A stretch of 38,227 nt of DNA from Minisyncoccota bacterium (GTDB lineage: Bacteria; Patescibacteriota; Minisyncoccia; Phycocordibacterales; JBBDKB01), in the NCBI GenBank assembly GCA_040879605.1, contig JBBDKB010000027.1:18250-56476 (forward strand), read 5' to 3'. Numbering within the stretch: the stretch's first letter is position 1; the number at the start of each line of letters is the position of its first letter. Below are positions 24,563-32,537 of the stretch, in pieces. The notes under the pieces were generated by a model. It worked only from the letters and a program-made list of their open reading frames with translations, had not been told where the DNA came from and made no database searches. A program made the position numbers and the translations under genes.

Positions 24563-25393
24563 ATGAATGCATTTAAGGAACAGTGTATTGCACTTCGTAA
24601 AAAAGACTATTCTCTTGCTCAAATTACGGAAGTCACAGGCAGACCGAAAACGTCTGTGTTCTTCCATATCCGGGACATCCCGTTGAGTAAAAAGAAACAA
24701 CAGCTCATAAGGCAAGGATATGCCGAGCATATACGGAAGTTTGCACTTGAGAGAAAAGGGAAAAGCTTGCGCTCGTTTCGGAAATTTCAAGACTGGAATC
24801 CTGAAACGGTCCTTTTAGTATCTCATCTGCTCTTTGATGGAGAAATAACCTCCTCAAGTTGTGTGTATCACAATCGAAGTAGAGCGCTTCTTGAAAGAGT
24901 TGAAAGATTAATGAAAAATATCTATGAATTTGAACCGGCGAGGCATGCTAACAAAAAAACAGGCGTCTTGAGGATCAGCTATTTCAATGTCGCTTTGAGC
25001 GCGTTTTTTAGGGAAAAAGCGAATGAACTTAAGAAGACGATTACCACCCAGCCTCTCAATTGTAAGAGAGAATTCCTCCGAGCCTTCTTCGATGATGAGG
25101 GATGCATTGACTTTCAGCTCGTGCAAAGAAAAAAGAGAATCAGGGGATATCAAAAGGATGTTGCGGTTCTGAAAATTGTACAACGCCTTCTCTTGAGCTT
25201 TGGTATTAGTTCCTATTTGTCGGTTCCTAACGAGGTGGTCATTTCCGGAAAAGAAAACCTCCTAAAGTTTCAGAAAGAAGTCAACTTCTCACCAGGTGTG
25301 CGAGTTAATGGAAAGCGCGCAAACAGCAGATGGAAGAAAAACCTAGAAAAGCGCAAACTCTTGGAACTTGCGATACACTCGTTTCGTACTTGA
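24563..25393 (+). CDS. Free-standing double-motif LAGLIDADG homing endonuclease with N-terminal HTH
   Basis: 276 aa. The two LAGLIDADG-type motifs are SHLLFDGEIT and LRAFFDDEGCI. The N-terminal YSLAQITEVTGRPKTSVFFHI is HTH-like. The ATG starts 2 nt after the tRNA-Lys 3' end. Confidence 0.8.
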   Translation: MNAFKEQCIALRKKDYSLAQITEVTGRPKTSVFFHIRDIPLSKKKQQLIRQGYAEHIRKFALERKGKSLRSFRKFQDWNPETVLLVSHLLFDGEITSSSCVYHNRSRALLERVERLMKNIYEFEPARHANKKTGVLRISYFNVALSAFFREKANELKKTITTQPLNCKREFLRAFFDDEGCIDFQLVQRKKRIRGYQKDVAVLKIVQRLLLSFGISSYLSVPNEVVISGKENLLKFQKEVNFSPGVRVNGKRANSRWKKNLEKRKLLELAIHSFRT

Positions 25394-25397
25394 GAAA

Positions 25398-25799
25398 CTA
25401 GAGAGGTATATCAAACGCGAATGCTCCGGCTCCTGTTATGAGGAGAGAGATAGCAATGACAAGTGCAAAAACGTAAGCCCACACGCTTTGGTATGCGATA
25501 AGAGGATAGGTGCGCTTGAAGAAAAGCATTTTTGCAATAACTATGATTGCAAGAAGTGCTGCGTATTGGGTATAAAAACCGGCGAGCAAAAGTATAGCGA
25601 TAATAAACTCAACAAGCGAGCCTACTCGGGCGCTTGCTTTGCCAAGTGAGCCCCACTTTTTTGCAATTTCATCTGAAATTTTCTTTCTGTTATCAAAATG
25701 GAATTGCGCGGCGCTCAAAAAGAAAACTGCAAGAGCAAGACGCAAAAGAAAAGGGGCAAAAAAACTAAATGTGAGGAGTTCTGGAAAAGGATTTAACAT
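25398..25799 (-). CDS. DoxX family membrane protein
   Basis: Four hydrophobic helices are present. The N-terminus MLNPFPELLTFSFFAPFLLRLALAVFFL is typical of DoxX. The start is chosen at ATG 25799; the track ORF extends to 25883. Confidence 0.65.
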   Translation of the reverse strand: MLNPFPELLTFSFFAPFLLRLALAVFFLSAAQFHFDNRKKISDEIAKKWGSLGKASARVGSLVEFIIAILLLAGFYTQYAALLAIIVIAKMLFFKRTYPLIAYQSVWAYVFALVIAISLLITGAGAFAFDIPL

Positions 25800-25816
25800 G
25801 GTTGTATTGTAGCACG

Positions 25817-26320
25817 ATGAGTAAAGAGGCAGAAAAAGTATTGCTTCTCCACAATATACGGAGTTCTGAGAATGTCGGGGCACTCTTTCGAACGGCCGAC
25901 GCGATTGGTATTGATGCGGTATATCTTATAGGATACACGCCGGCGCCGATTGATCGCTTTGGGAGGAAAGAACCAAAAATTGCAAAGGCGGCGCTCGGCT
26001 CGGAGAAGTCGCTTGTGTGGGAACAGAGAGAAAATATTTTTGAGCTTATCAAAATGCTCAAAGAAAAAGGATTTGAAATTGTTGCACTTGAACAAGACAA
26101 ACACGCGATAGATTATAAAAAATATATTCCCGGAAAGAAGCTTGCGCTCATCGTTGGGAATGAAGTGGTGGGAATTGAGGAGGAGGTACTCAATCTATGC
26201 GATCACATACTTGAGATTCCAATGCGAGGAGAAAAAGAATCACTCAATGTGTCTGTTGCCACGGGCATCGCGTTGTTTCGAATACTCGACCACCCCAACT
26301 ACTTCAATCGATCGAAGTAG
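25817..26320 (+). CDS. SpoU/TrmH family RNA 2'-O-methyltransferase
   Basis: The motifs NVGALFRTADAIGI, LIVGNEVVGI and IPMRGEKESLNVSVATGIALF are present. The start is chosen at ATG 25817; the track uses TTG 25802. Confidence 0.85.
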   Translation: MSKEAEKVLLLHNIRSSENVGALFRTADAIGIDAVYLIGYTPAPIDRFGRKEPKIAKAALGSEKSLVWEQRENIFELIKMLKEKGFEIVALEQDKHAIDYKKYIPGKKLALIVGNEVVGIEEEVLNLCDHILEIPMRGEKESLNVSVATGIALFRILDHPNYFNRSK

Positions 26321-26395
26321 TTGAAGGATAGCCAATCAAAAACAGTTTTTTACGAAGGTTAAGCCTTCGATGGAGCTTTGGTGTCTATTGCAGTG

Positions 26396-27271
26396 TTAGT
26401 AGGTGAGCGCGTCAACCACCTTTCCCTCCCTATCAAGAAGTCTGATAATCTCGCGCTTCTCTCTCCAGAGCTCCTCGTTTCGCCCCAAATACACTCTCCA
26501 TTCGTCGACATTGAAGTCGCTGTCGCTTCTGTGATTTTCTACACATCCTGCATAGGTAAGATCATTTGCAATAAATTGACGACACGCGTTTGTGTAACCG
26601 AGCGGTAGTTGTCCAAGGAAAGTTTCGCAACGTGGAAGGCGCTCTATGAAATCAATACACTCATTGTTGAATTCCTGAACAACGTTTTGTTTCGCAAAAA
26701 GCTCTTCTTCAGGGCGCGGACATGAGCGTGGAAGATCGGGGGTGAAATTCTGAAAATTCTCAAGATAGCCGGTGCATTTATTAAGTCTGAAGGATACGCC
26801 AATTGGCGATTGTCCTGATACTATGACTGCGCTTTCCCCTGGGTTTAGCGAGATGGGATTTTCAGAGCTAACGACATTTGAATTCGGGGTTATCACGCCA
26901 TCTGGTATGGGGTAATTTTTTCCCGAAATAGGGCTTGAGAGGCGCATGCCAGAGATGACAACAGGATTCGTGTTACTTCTTGAGGCTTCAATTATTACAT
27001 ATTCGTCTTTCGGGTCGATTTCCCTTGCTCCTGTTGTTCTCTTTGAAAAGAAGAGTTTTTCTTGGAGTGGAGAAGCTTCGCCGAGACTTGCAAAAAATTG
27101 CCCCTCAGTGTCAGAGAGCGCTCTTTCTGATCGCTCGAGAGTTAAGATGCGGGGGGCGTTCGGAGAACTTAAGAAAAAGCCTTTGTTTGAGAATCGCTCT
27201 GGTCCTCCTGCCGCCGCCCATACGATAAATAGGAGGATAAGAAAGCCAATTACTATGAGTATGTTTTTCAT
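26396..27271 (-). CDS. Membrane-anchored secreted protein, possible lamin-tail-domain (LTD) fold plus Cys-containing C-terminal domain
   Basis: 291 aa. The N-terminal TM is ILIVIGFLILLFIVWAAA. EYVIIEASRSNTNPVVISGMRLSS...LNPGESAVIVSG resembles LTD domains, judged by eye. Confidence 0.45.
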   Translation of the reverse strand: MKNILIVIGFLILLFIVWAAAGGPERFSNKGFFLSSPNAPRILTLERSERALSDTEGQFFASLGEASPLQEKLFFSKRTTGAREIDPKDEYVIIEASRSNTNPVVISGMRLSSPISGKNYPIPDGVITPNSNVVSSENPISLNPGESAVIVSGQSPIGVSFRLNKCTGYLENFQNFTPDLPRSCPRPEEELFAKQNVVQEFNNECIDFIERLPRCETFLGQLPLGYTNACRQFIANDLTYAGCVENHRSDSDFNVDEWRVYLGRNEELWREKREIIRLLDREGKVVDALTY

Positions 27272-27277
27272 CCCTTA

Positions 27278-28537
27278 TTACTTCAAAAGTTTTGTAAGCT
27301 CCTCTCGCGCGACACTTGCATCGCTCCAGGGTGTTTTCTTCCCCTTCTCTTCCATAATGTAGGGGTCGGTTCCTTTTCCAGTGATGAGCACAACATCTTT
27401 TTCTTTTGCAAGCGCGAGCGCTCTTTTAATAGCTTCGCGTCTATCCATTATAATTTCCGGTTCTTTCTTCATGCCTTGTGCCATATCTTCGACAATGGAA
27501 CGAGGGGCTTCATCATAAGGGTCTTCATTGGTAAGAATAACATGCGAGCAATTCTCTTCGGCAATTCTTCCCATCTCAGGGCGTTTCCATTTATCGCGTC
27601 CTCCTCCCGTGTTTCCAAGCACACAGATTTTGTTTTTCTCACCAAAAGCGCCGTAGAGCTTCAAAAGCGAATCACTGGTATGAGCGTAATCAACAATGAC
27701 TTCAAATTTCTGCCCCTCATCAATTTTTTCAACTCGTCCAGGAACATGAGAGAATTTCTCAATTGCTTTTTTGATTGTGTTGAGGTCTATTCCTATATGT
27801 CGAGCAACATGTATTGCGGCGAGAATATTGTAGAGATTAAATGTGCCGATAAGAGGCGAGTGAATGCTCAAACCCTCTCGAGTGAAGAGAATCCCTCGCT
27901 GGTTTTCTGAATGTGGCTCCGCATCTCTCAGTGAATAGGGAAGCTTATAAGGTACGTTTGCTTCAAGAAAGAGGTGCGCGTGCTCATCATCTTTATTTGC
28001 AACGATTGCGCGATTTTCTTTTGAGGACTGAGAGAGTAAGTCGCGCAATTGAAGTTTTGCTTCCAAATAATTTTTAAAAGAACCATGGGCCTCGATGTGT
28101 TCAGGTGTAATGTTTGTAAAAACAAGCTGATTAAGCTCAATATATTTGTGGCGAGATTGTTTTACCCCTTCGCTTGTCATTTCGAGGATCACGTAGTCAC
28201 ATTGTGCACTCTTTGCGTCATGAAGAAACTTTTGTATGAAGAAGCGTCCTGGCATTGTCATCTTAAAGAGGTTTGGGCGCGTTTCATCTCCAATTTTAAA
28301 ACGTATTGTTCCTGCAAGCGCGGTTCTAAACCCAGCTTCTTCAAGAATCGCGTTAATAATTTCTGCAGTTGTTGATTTTCCTTTTGTGCCGGTAACTCCG
28401 ATGACATAGAGATCGCGGGAAGGGAAGCCATATATAAATGCGCTAAGAAAAGCAAACGTACGGTGGTAGCTTGGTTGGAGTGTCTTGAAAATTCGCTCCG
28501 GGATGATCTTTTTGAGGATTAAAAATAAAGTATCCAT
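27278..28537 (-). CDS. Mur ligase family protein (MurE-like, lacking the usual N-terminal domain)
   Basis: 419 aa. The ATP-binding loop is GVTGTKGKSTT. DYAHTSDSL and TNEDPYDE resemble the MurE DYAHTPDAL and TSDNPR motifs. Confidence 0.8.
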   Translation of the reverse strand: MDTLFLILKKIIPERIFKTLQPSYHRTFAFLSAFIYGFPSRDLYVIGVTGTKGKSTTAEIINAILEEAGFRTALAGTIRFKIGDETRPNLFKMTMPGRFFIQKFLHDAKSAQCDYVILEMTSEGVKQSRHKYIELNQLVFTNITPEHIEAHGSFKNYLEAKLQLRDLLSQSSKENRAIVANKDDEHAHLFLEANVPYKLPYSLRDAEPHSENQRGILFTREGLSIHSPLIGTFNLYNILAAIHVARHIGIDLNTIKKAIEKFSHVPGRVEKIDEGQKFEVIVDYAHTSDSLLKLYGAFGEKNKICVLGNTGGGRDKWKRPEMGRIAEENCSHVILTNEDPYDEAPRSIVEDMAQGMKKEPEIIMDRREAIKRALALAKEKDVVLITGKGTDPYIMEEKGKKTPWSDASVAREELTKLLK

Positions 28538-28546
28538 GATGCTATG

Positions 28547-29119
28547 CTAGCGTCCAAGAATTTTAAGCGCTTCGCGCACGCGTTCGTTTGTCGTTTCCGC
28601 TCCCTCGGGGATTTGCTTTAGTGCTTCACGAATTTCAGAGAGAGAATAGCCGAGGGAGCGAAGCGCTTCAAATGCGTCTGCTTCTTCTTTTTGGAGATGT
28701 TGGATACTGTCTGTCTCGAGTGCTCCAATTTTGTCACGCAATTCAAGTACAATTTTCTCTGCATTTTTCTTTCCAATGCCAGACACTTTTGTGAGGTATG
28801 CAGTGTCGCCGGAAGAAGCCGCAGAGCGAAGCGTTTCCACATCGGCAAGGTTTAAAATCGCAAGTGCTGAGCGTGGCCCAATTCCTGAGATTCCGATTAA
28901 AAGCTCAAAGAAGTTTCGCTCTTCCTCACTTCGAAATCCGTAGAGGTCATGAGCGTGCTCTCGTATGGCAAGATGGGTGAAAAGATGAGTCACCTCGCTT
29001 TCTTTGAGGGGGGCTACGACGTCAAGCGGTGTATGGACGAGATACCCGACACCTCCCACAGAGAGCACGACGCTATCCTTGTATTTTCTTAGGACTACTC
29101 CCTCAAGTTCAGCAATCAT
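28547..29119 (-). CDS. ruvA: Holliday junction DNA helicase subunit RuvA
   Basis: 190 aa. It has an OB-like N-terminus (MIAELEGVV...), two HhH motifs (ISGIGPRSALAIL and VSGIGKKNAEKIV) and a C-terminal domain III. Confidence 0.9.
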   Translation of the reverse strand: MIAELEGVVLRKYKDSVVLSVGGVGYLVHTPLDVVAPLKESEVTHLFTHLAIREHAHDLYGFRSEEERNFFELLIGISGIGPRSALAILNLADVETLRSAASSGDTAYLTKVSGIGKKNAEKIVLELRDKIGALETDSIQHLQKEEADAFEALRSLGYSLSEIREALKQIPEGAETTNERVREALKILGR

Positions 29120-29175
29120 GAGTCCATCATACTAAGATGCGCTTTCTCCCACAACGTATAGTATATACTCGCGTG

Positions 29176-29204
29176 TTGCATTTTCATGGCCTTTCGGCTA
29201 CTAT
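29176..29204 (+). promoter_or_regulatory. Candidate promoter TTGCAT-17-TACTAT, 7 nt upstream of the rpsT ATG
   Basis: The -35-like hexamer is at 29176-29181, the spacer is 17 nt and the -10-like hexamer is at 29199-29204. The ATG is at 29212. Confidence 0.4.
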
Positions 29205-29211
29205 AGCGCTC

Positions 29212-29484
29212 ATGCCAATTATCAAAGCAGCAAAGAAAGATCTCCGAAGTTCCGCAAAAAAGCGGCTTTTTAACCTGCGTCGCAAACGAGCGATGACTGA
29301 ATCAGTGAAGGAGATCAAGACTCTTGCTGTTTCAGGAAAGACGGATGAAGGGAAAGCGCTTCTTTCAAAGGCCTATAAAGCAATTGATAAAGCACAAAAA
29401 CGCGGTGTCATTAAAAAGAACACTGCCGCCCGCAAAAAATCCCGCCTCTCCTCACTCCTCAAAAAGACAACTGCTGTCAAATAA
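29212..29484 (+). CDS. rpsT: 30S ribosomal protein S20
   Basis: MPIIKAAKKDLRSSAKKRLFNLRRK... is a typical S20 N-terminus. The start is chosen at ATG 29212 within the longer track ORF. Confidence 0.9.
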   Translation: MPIIKAAKKDLRSSAKKRLFNLRRKRAMTESVKEIKTLAVSGKTDEGKALLSKAYKAIDKAQKRGVIKKNTAARKKSRLSSLLKKTTAVK

Positions 29485-29515
29485 CAAAACTCCCCAATCG
29501 GGGAGTTTTGTTGGA
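29484..29515 (+). terminator. Intrinsic terminator after rpsT
   Basis: ACAAAACTCCCC-aatc-GGGGAGTTTTGT is followed by TGG and a T-rich context. Confidence 0.7.
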
Positions 29516-29540
29516 TAATACTAAGTGAAGCAATCTGTCT

Positions 29541-30446
29541 ATGCATAAAATTTTTATCAAAGAATGTTCTTATATAGAAAAGTGTTTTGAAATTGACCTC
29601 AAAAAAAATCTCAACTTAGTTAAGAGCAGGGAAAGGAGAGGGGAAATATCAAAGGCACTTGAGGGCGTCCAAGTTTTTAAAATTATATATACAATCCGGA
29701 GGGATTTTAAAGTCGCTGGTTTTATTGTTGTTCCCAAAGAAGGGAAAAAGCTTCCCTCTGTAATTCACTTGCGAGGTGGTTCAGGGGATTTTGGAATGAT
29801 AAAAGCCTTGCACCTATTAAATCTTGTATCTCTTGCCTCTGAGGGTTTTGTTGTGATTACGACACAATATCCTGGAGTTGACGGTGGAGACGGAAAAGAC
29901 ACATTTGGTGGATCTGATGATATAGCTTCTATAAAAAGACTTAGAGATATTCTTAAATATATCAAGAATGCTAATCCGGATTGGATTGGAATGAGTGGTC
30001 ACTCGCGGGGAGGACTTATGACCTATATGATGTTGAGAGAAGTGTCTTGGGTTAAGGCAGCTGTTATCGGGGGTGCATCTACCGATGAAGTGAAGGCGGG
30101 TAAAGAGCGAAAGGGGTGGCGGGAACATCAGATTTCACTCTATGGGAAGAGCAAAAAAGAGCTCATCAAAAGGTCCCCGATTCTTTGGGCGAATGAATTG
30201 CCAAAGAAGGTGCCTATTCTTCTCGCCCATGGTTCTGCAGATTGGAGAGTCAGTGCTGATCACAGTATCCTGATGTCAAATGAGCTTTATAAAAATAAAA
30301 TTCCTCATAGATTTGTGCTTTTTGAGGGTGCGGACCATGGGATTTCTGAATTTAGAAAGGAGTATAGAGAACTCACCATCGAGTGGTTTAAAAGATTTCT
30401 AAAAGAGGATAGAAAACTCCCTGATATGAGACTCCACGGGATCTAG
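29541..30446 (+). CDS. Alpha/beta hydrolase (S9 prolyl-oligopeptidase / dienelactone-hydrolase-like)
   Basis: 301 aa. The nucleophile elbow is GMSGHSRGG, followed by the AHGSADWRV and GADHG acid/His regions. Confidence 0.75.
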   Translation: MHKIFIKECSYIEKCFEIDLKKNLNLVKSRERRGEISKALEGVQVFKIIYTIRRDFKVAGFIVVPKEGKKLPSVIHLRGGSGDFGMIKALHLLNLVSLASEGFVVITTQYPGVDGGDGKDTFGGSDDIASIKRLRDILKYIKNANPDWIGMSGHSRGGLMTYMMLREVSWVKAAVIGGASTDEVKAGKERKGWREHQISLYGKSKKELIKRSPILWANELPKKVPILLAHGSADWRVSADHSILMSNELYKNKIPHRFVLFEGADHGISEFRKEYRELTIEWFKRFLKEDRKLPDMRLHGI

Positions 30447-30480
30447 TGACACCACTGAGATCGGGCAGGGTGTTTTGTTG

Positions 30481-31428
30481 CTACAGGATTCTCTTTTTTG
30501 GGCATGTCGTAAGAAAAGCAACCTCTTCAGTGAGTTCCTTTCTGTTTTTTGGAGTTGTTTTTAAGATAACACAGCCATCAAACGGCATCGAAATGGAATT
30601 ATCCCCTCCGTCGGTGGCGATAACTGTCCCTTTCGAAATTTTTTTAAAATCCTCTATTCCTGGGGCGAAGTTGTATGAGAAGTTTGGGAATAATATTGAA
30701 TCCCTTACTTTGTACTCCGTGTACTCTTTTTTAGGCGTCCGGTGCGTTTTTTTAAGCATGTCTAGATTTTCTAGCATGATAGTAGACGCGGCAGTCGCTC
30801 TCTCAAAGGATGTTGGGGATTCATGAGAACCGGCTTCAATTGCAAAAACTTGATCACTCGGTTTTTGACCATAGAAGAAAAAAGCAGGTTTGTTGATCTG
30901 GATCTTATCAATATTTGAAATCAAAGTGTCGATAGGTATTCCTTCGATTAAACCAGAATGAAAGGTATTTTCTCTACCAATAATCATCGGCTTCATTTCC
31001 GATCGGGTACTGTGAATATCAAGACCATGTGTGAACTTCTTCCAAATTGGGAGAAGTTCACGTGCGCGAGCTATCTCGTAATTCTCTGAGGTGTGAGCTT
31101 CTTGAATGTCTATCGGAAGACGATTCATGTTTATATCGATAAAACGAGACAAACTGTCGCCCTCAAAATATTTTTCTGCTGCTCTGATATTATTAACAAT
31201 TAAGTAAAGTTCACCACGAAGTAAATTTTTTTCTACATCAACTTCATGGAGTAGATAGCTAAAAGCAGCCAATCCCGCAGGTTCGTTGCCGTGTGTACAA
31301 GCGGTTATTCCAACAATTGGACCCGGTTTGCTTGATGAAATGTGAAAAACCCCCTGAACATTTTTGTTGCTTTGCTCAAGGAAAAAGGAAAAAATTTCTC
31401 GATCTGAATGTTTCTTGAAGTTGGACAT
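30481..31428 (-). CDS. Succinylglutamate desuccinylase/aspartoacylase (AstE/AspA) family zinc hydrolase
   Basis: 315 aa. The metal-binding GITACTHGNEPAG (HxxE) and later LDIHST motifs are typical of the family. Confidence 0.75.
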   Translation of the reverse strand: MSNFKKHSDREIFSFFLEQSNKNVQGVFHISSSKPGPIVGITACTHGNEPAGLAAFSYLLHEVDVEKNLLRGELYLIVNNIRAAEKYFEGDSLSRFIDINMNRLPIDIQEAHTSENYEIARARELLPIWKKFTHGLDIHSTRSEMKPMIIGRENTFHSGLIEGIPIDTLISNIDKIQINKPAFFFYGQKPSDQVFAIEAGSHESPTSFERATAASTIMLENLDMLKKTHRTPKKEYTEYKVRDSILFPNFSYNFAPGIEDFKKISKGTVIATDGGDNSISMPFDGCVILKTTPKNRKELTEEVAFLTTCPKKRIL

Positions 31429-31440
31429 TTTTTAAGTTTA

Positions 31441-31475
31441 CCAAAAAAGAAGGAGCACATTCGTTGACGTGCTCC
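31441..31475 (-). terminator. Intrinsic terminator after the GNAT-like gene
   Basis: The minus strand reads GGAGCAC-gtcaacgaat-GTGCTCC followed by TTCTTTTTTGG. Confidence 0.65.
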
Positions 31476-31496
31476 CTTAGTGTGATGGCGCCGTCA

Positions 31497-32207
31497 TTAC
31501 CTGGAGCCAATAAAGAGAAAACCGTTGCGGGTTTTGCTGTCCTGAATCCCGAGGGCCTCTGCAAACCAGGTGTTTACGTCCGGGTTGTTTGATAGAGGAA
31601 TTTGAGGATACAAGCATCTGCCGTATAGGTTTGACACCACGCCGCTTTCAGGGCAGAAACCTTCATCACGGCCCCCTAAGAGTTTTTTTGCATCTTTCTG
31701 AAGGCTTGAGGGAATCCCGGTGGTTGTATTTGGGAAGATCTCAGTAACTAGCGACCTTCCCAGACAGAACATGACAGGACTTTGCGTGGTAAAACACATT
31801 TGTGGAAGATTGCTATTTCCCCACAAATGCTGGACGAGAAGTTTCGCCACCCCTTTGTTTTTTGTTGAGTGTCGCACAGCAACACCGTGGAGGTGGAAAA
31901 AACTTTTGTCGAGAAATTTTCCAGCGGCAAAACCTTGAATTTGTCCTCGCGAGCTCGCGATCGCAAACGCATCTATGTTTTGTATGTGCGCTCGGATCCC
32001 ATCGGCTGAAGCCTCATCAAGCTCGCCTCCGAAACTTTCGACTGTGAACTCGGTTATTTCGCGCACCATTTTTTGGACAAAAGGTACAGCGGTATCCCAT
32101 ACGAGACTCTGGTCCGGGGCTGTTACAAGATGTACCGCAAACTCACCATGTGGTGTTGTTGCGAAAACAAAGAGGTCATCAAGCGAACGTGGCCTTAGCG
32201 GGTTCAT
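31497..32207 (-). CDS. GNAT-fold acyltransferase-like protein (T-box-controlled)
   Basis: The motif-A-like segment is FHLHGVAVRHSTKNKGVAKLLVQHL. The start is set at ATG 32207 (MNPLRP), preceded by AAGGAG 7 nt upstream. The longer track ORF would begin inside the terminator stem. Confidence 0.5.
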   Translation of the reverse strand: MNPLRPRSLDDLFVFATTPHGEFAVHLVTAPDQSLVWDTAVPFVQKMVREITEFTVESFGGELDEASADGIRAHIQNIDAFAIASSRGQIQGFAAGKFLDKSFFHLHGVAVRHSTKNKGVAKLLVQHLWGNSNLPQMCFTTQSPVMFCLGRSLVTEIFPNTTTGIPSSLQKDAKKLLGGRDEGFCPESGVVSNLYGRCLYPQIPLSNNPDVNTWFAEALGIQDSKTRNGFLFIGSR

Positions 32208-32257
32208 GGGCTGTCTCCTTATTTGTGTGAAAGAACGTTTGGATTTCACTAAATGCA

Positions 32258-32494
32258 AAATCCGCCCTCGCGATACAAATAAAAAATACTTGTATCGTAA
32301 GGGCGGATTTCCGCGGTGCCACCTTACTTCACTCTATTGAGTCTCTCACCGACTCATGCACTCCAAAGAGTAGATATCGGTTATCCCATGGTTACGGGGG
32401 AGTCCGGATTCTCACTCACGCAAGAATCTCCCTGCCTTTCGGCGACCGTAGCCCAACCCCCTGAGATCCAGGGGACTACAGTCAAAAGATTTAA
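32258..32494 (-). promoter_or_regulatory. T-box riboswitch-like leader (antiterminator/terminator switch)
   Basis: The minus strand AAGGUGGCACCGCG (complement of 32312-32325) matches the T-box core AGGGUGGNACCGCG at 13 of 14 positions. The antiterminator AAGG-[UGGCACC bulge]-GCGG-AAAU-CCGC-CCUU spans 32325 down to 32299. It overlaps the 5' arm of a 19-bp terminator (32310 down to 32258) followed by UUUUGCAUUU. A possible promoter is TTGACA (32532-32527), 18 nt, then TAGCCT. Confidence 0.7.
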
Positions 32495-32537
32495 CTGATC
32501 TGAGGCTAACATATGCCTCAAGACTTTGTCAACTGGT

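Noticed and set aside
32262-32520. This structured region was considered as SRP RNA, RNase P RNA (GGGGGAGTCCGG resembles the GGAAAGUCCGG P4 strand on the plus strand), tmRNA or 6S RNA.
   Set aside because: It is too short for RNase P RNA or tmRNA. There is no tag ORF, no tRNA-like end and no convincing SRP domain IV motif. The minus strand instead shows a T-box core with mutually exclusive antiterminator and terminator helices directly upstream of a gene, which explains the structure better.
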